Of a stretch of DNA of 64,000 bases, positions 61,939 to 64,000 are shown in pieces (position 1 is the stretch's first letter; every line of letters starts with the position of its first letter). The translations under genes were made by a program, and so were the position numbers. Origin of the DNA: Candidatus Omnitrophota bacterium (GTDB lineage: Bacteria > Omnitrophota > Gorgyraeia > Tantalellales > Tantalellaceae); assembly GCA_034723315.1 (NCBI GenBank), contig JAYEOV010000055.1, positions 507 through 64,506 of the forward strand, read 5' to 3'. The notes under the pieces are model-generated. The model did not search any database, was not told the DNA's origin, and worked only from the letters and a program-made list of their open reading frames with translations.

Positions 61939-62745
61939 TCATTTCTCTTTCAATATCAAAACATGATTTCCGGAATCGACCTTCATATGAAACCTGTTCA
62001 GAAAGGACATCCCCAGAAGCCCGGGTGTACCGCGCAGGTCCATCGTCACCGCCTGGACATTTTCTGCCCTCGCCCCGCTGATTTCAACAGATTCAAGCAT
62101 TATCGGAATACCTTCCCGCATCGTCCCGTCCGCCAGTTTTGTCGCGACCTTTTCGGCCTTCTCCGGCCTGATATCCACAAGCTGCCGCGCCACCTTCAGC
62201 GGTATGACCACGGTAGTAGCTCCGGTATCGACCAGAAGCGGCGTGGTCACCTTTCCGTTCAGAACCGCCTCCACGACGATCCTTGAACTGTCGGCGAACA
62301 TTATCCTGTGCTCCCTGACTCTTCTCGCTCTTTCGGCGATCTCTTCCTTTAGCCTCCGGTTCTCCCGGATCCTTTTGTGAAGCTCCGACAGCTCCCGTTT
62401 TCTTTCTTTTTCGCTTACCTCAGCAGCGGAAACGTGAGCCTTCCATTCGCTTAAGGCGTTATCCCTTTCTTTTCCGCCAGGTGTATCTATTCCCTCAATA
62501 TCATCCTTTGAAAACGCCACGGTCCCGAAACCGACATCTACCACGATGCCCTTTTCGCTCTTTTCTGTTATAAAACCCTTTATCTGCCCACCGCTGTTCA
62601 ACCTTATGATCACAATATCCCGGCTGTTTTCCGCCGGCCCGATACCCTCTTCTGAACTTACTTCTTGAGAGGCGCTTTTTCCGGCCGTCAAAATAATCAC
62701 ACACGACAAAATCAGACTAATGGTAAAATGAATTATTCGTCTCAT
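61939..62745 (-). CDS. Secreted retropepsin-like (clan AA) aspartyl protease
   Basis: LLVDTGATTVVIP, LADG, GLLGMSFL; signal peptide and coiled-coil linker. Confidence 0.88.
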   Translation of the reverse strand: MRRIIHFTISLILSCVIILTAGKSASQEVSSEEGIGPAENSRDIVIIRLNSGGQIKGFITEKSEKGIVVDVGFGTVAFSKDDIEGIDTPGGKERDNALSEWKAHVSAAEVSEKERKRELSELHKRIRENRRLKEEIAERARRVREHRIMFADSSRIVVEAVLNGKVTTPLLVDTGATTVVIPLKVARQLVDIRPEKAEKVATKLADGTMREGIPIMLESVEISGARAENVQAVTMDLRGTPGLLGMSFLNRFHMKVDSGNHVLILKEK

Positions 62746-62795
62746 CTTGCACAGCGCTCTGTCCCCCCAGAAAAAATACGGACCAAACCCAGCCG

Positions 62796-63239
62796 CTAAT
62801 ACCCGTACATGTTCAGGAGCTTTTCCGCTTCCCTGGCAAGCTCGTACCTGGTTTCCAGTATTTTTCTGTTTATCTCGGGGTTTTCCCTGTAATTGCTTTT
62901 ATAAAATATGAAATAATATTCCACCCGCGAAAGCAGCTGTTTCGTTAGTTCGTGCATTCTCTCCGCTTCTTCAGGGACAGACCCTGCCGTCCTGTTGTAC
63001 TGATGGGTTATAACGTTGATCTTCTTTAGCGCCGGACCGGGCTCCAGGTAGCCATAGCTGAAATCCTGGAATACCTCGTCGAGATACTCGATCAATTCCC
63101 TGTAGAGATCGAGTTGGTAATATATCTGGTTTATCTCCTCTTCGGTCAAAGCGGACAAACTTACAGCGTACAAGGTGATCAGGAGAATTATTAGTATTAC
63201 TACGGAAAACTTGTTACTTTTCAGCTGAAAGCGGCGCAT
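62796..63239 (-). CDS. Hypothetical secreted helical protein
   Basis: N-terminal signal/TM followed by amphipathic helices. Confidence 0.65.
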   Translation of the reverse strand: MRRFQLKSNKFSVVILIILLITLYAVSLSALTEEEINQIYYQLDLYRELIEYLDEVFQDFSYGYLEPGPALKKINVITHQYNRTAGSVPEEAERMHELTKQLLSRVEYYFIFYKSNYRENPEINRKILETRYELAREAEKLLNMYGY

Positions 63240-63298
63240 ATCAATTATACACTATTTTATATAAGGATAAAGTTACCAAAGTGAACACGGGAACTGCC

Positions 63299-63487
63299 TT
63301 ATTTCTTATAATATCTTCTTCCGCTGTCGGGACTCATGGTCAAGGGACGATTCCTGAGAATCTCTCTTTTTCTTTCGTATTGCTGTTTTCGCAGTTTTTG
63401 CCGTTGATAACGCACAGCGCTCCAGAGCAAAAGTGCGATAAGTATAAATATGCCTAATTTCAATAATTCACTATGTCTTTTGTTCAT
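63299..63487 (-). CDS. Small single-pass membrane protein
   Basis: LGIFILIALLLWSAV TM and basic tail; GGAG SD. Confidence 0.5.
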   Translation of the reverse strand: MNKRHSELLKLGIFILIALLLWSAVRYQRQKLRKQQYERKREILRNRPLTMSPDSGRRYYKK

Positions 63488-63676
63488 GCCGTCTCCGGTT
63501 ACCGCCGTATTTAGTATACAGCATTTAACTTTGTTAAGCAACGGAAAGGACCTCTTGCGAATTGACTCACATTAAATGTTACCGAAAATATACCCTCAAA
63601 ATTAAACATTTGCAAATCCATTAGAAAATCTTAAAATCAAGATAGGAATTTTTCTTTTTCAGAAGAGTATCCTTTA

Positions 63677-64000
63677 TCAATCAGGCAGGTTACTGTCGAC
63701 ACATTTTATAAGCTCTTTCATGCGGACGGGTTTTGCAAGAAAAGGGTAGCTTCCCATCATCCTTTCCTGCACCTGTGAAAACAGAACTGAAATAAAGATG
63801 ATAGGAATTTTACTGCTTGCATTTTCTTTCCTTATCTGTTCGGCAACCATTGCCCCATCCATTCCCGGCATGAGCACATCCAGAAGAACAAGATCCGGTT
63901 TGAATTCCCGAACGGCAAACATGCTTCTGTCTGCCGTGTTAACATACTCAACCTCGTATCTGCCGGTACCCTCCAGGATCTCTTTAACAAGTTCCGTAAA
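63677..64000 (-). CDS. Single-domain response regulator receiver (5' end outside the window)
   Basis: KPDLVLLDVLMPGMDG, IPIIFIS, FLAKP; frame is open to the window edge. Confidence 0.88.
   Translation of the reverse strand, partial: FTELVKEILEGTGRYEVEYVNTADRSMFAVREFKPDLVLLDVLMPGMDGAMVAEQIRKENASSKIPIIFISVLFSQVQERMMGSYPFLAKPVRMKELIKCVDSNLPD

Noticed and set aside
55809-63487. Prophage or integron cassette array at tRNA-Gly
   Set aside because: No integrase, phage genes, duplicated tRNA 3' end or recurring attC-like sites were seen; the block lies at the tRNA 5' side.

Overview
Core-genome window of a diderm bacterium of roughly 50% GC. Its gene content and repeat families are reminiscent of Ca. 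Omnitrophota/PVC, but that placement is an unverified impression. Every credible gene is on the minus strand. In transcription order (right to left): (1) an ~8 kb block of small secreted or membrane accessory genes; (2) tRNA-Gly and tRNA-Thr; (3) tuf-rpmG-tRNA-Trp-secE-nusG-rplKAJL-rpoBC-rpsLG-fusA-tuf; (4) the S10/spc/alpha ribosomal protein cluster, lacking rpmD; (5) mutS-mutL-nth and a lipoprotein nuclease; (6) an aminotransferase/LeuCD/LipB/glycolipid cluster; (7) a cobalamin-riboswitch-controlled TonB-dependent receptor. The unusual content is non-coding. A protein-less IS200/IS605 derivative with an apparently intact TnpB omegaRNA scaffold sits 6 nt upstream of tRNA-Thr. A 180-bp foldback MITE occurs in three full copies and one half copy, one of them inside the riboswitch leader. 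About a dozen inverted heptamer-repeat hairpins fill the operon spacers, along with several other stacked or nested palindrome families. All calls come from reading the sequence only; no database searches were run.
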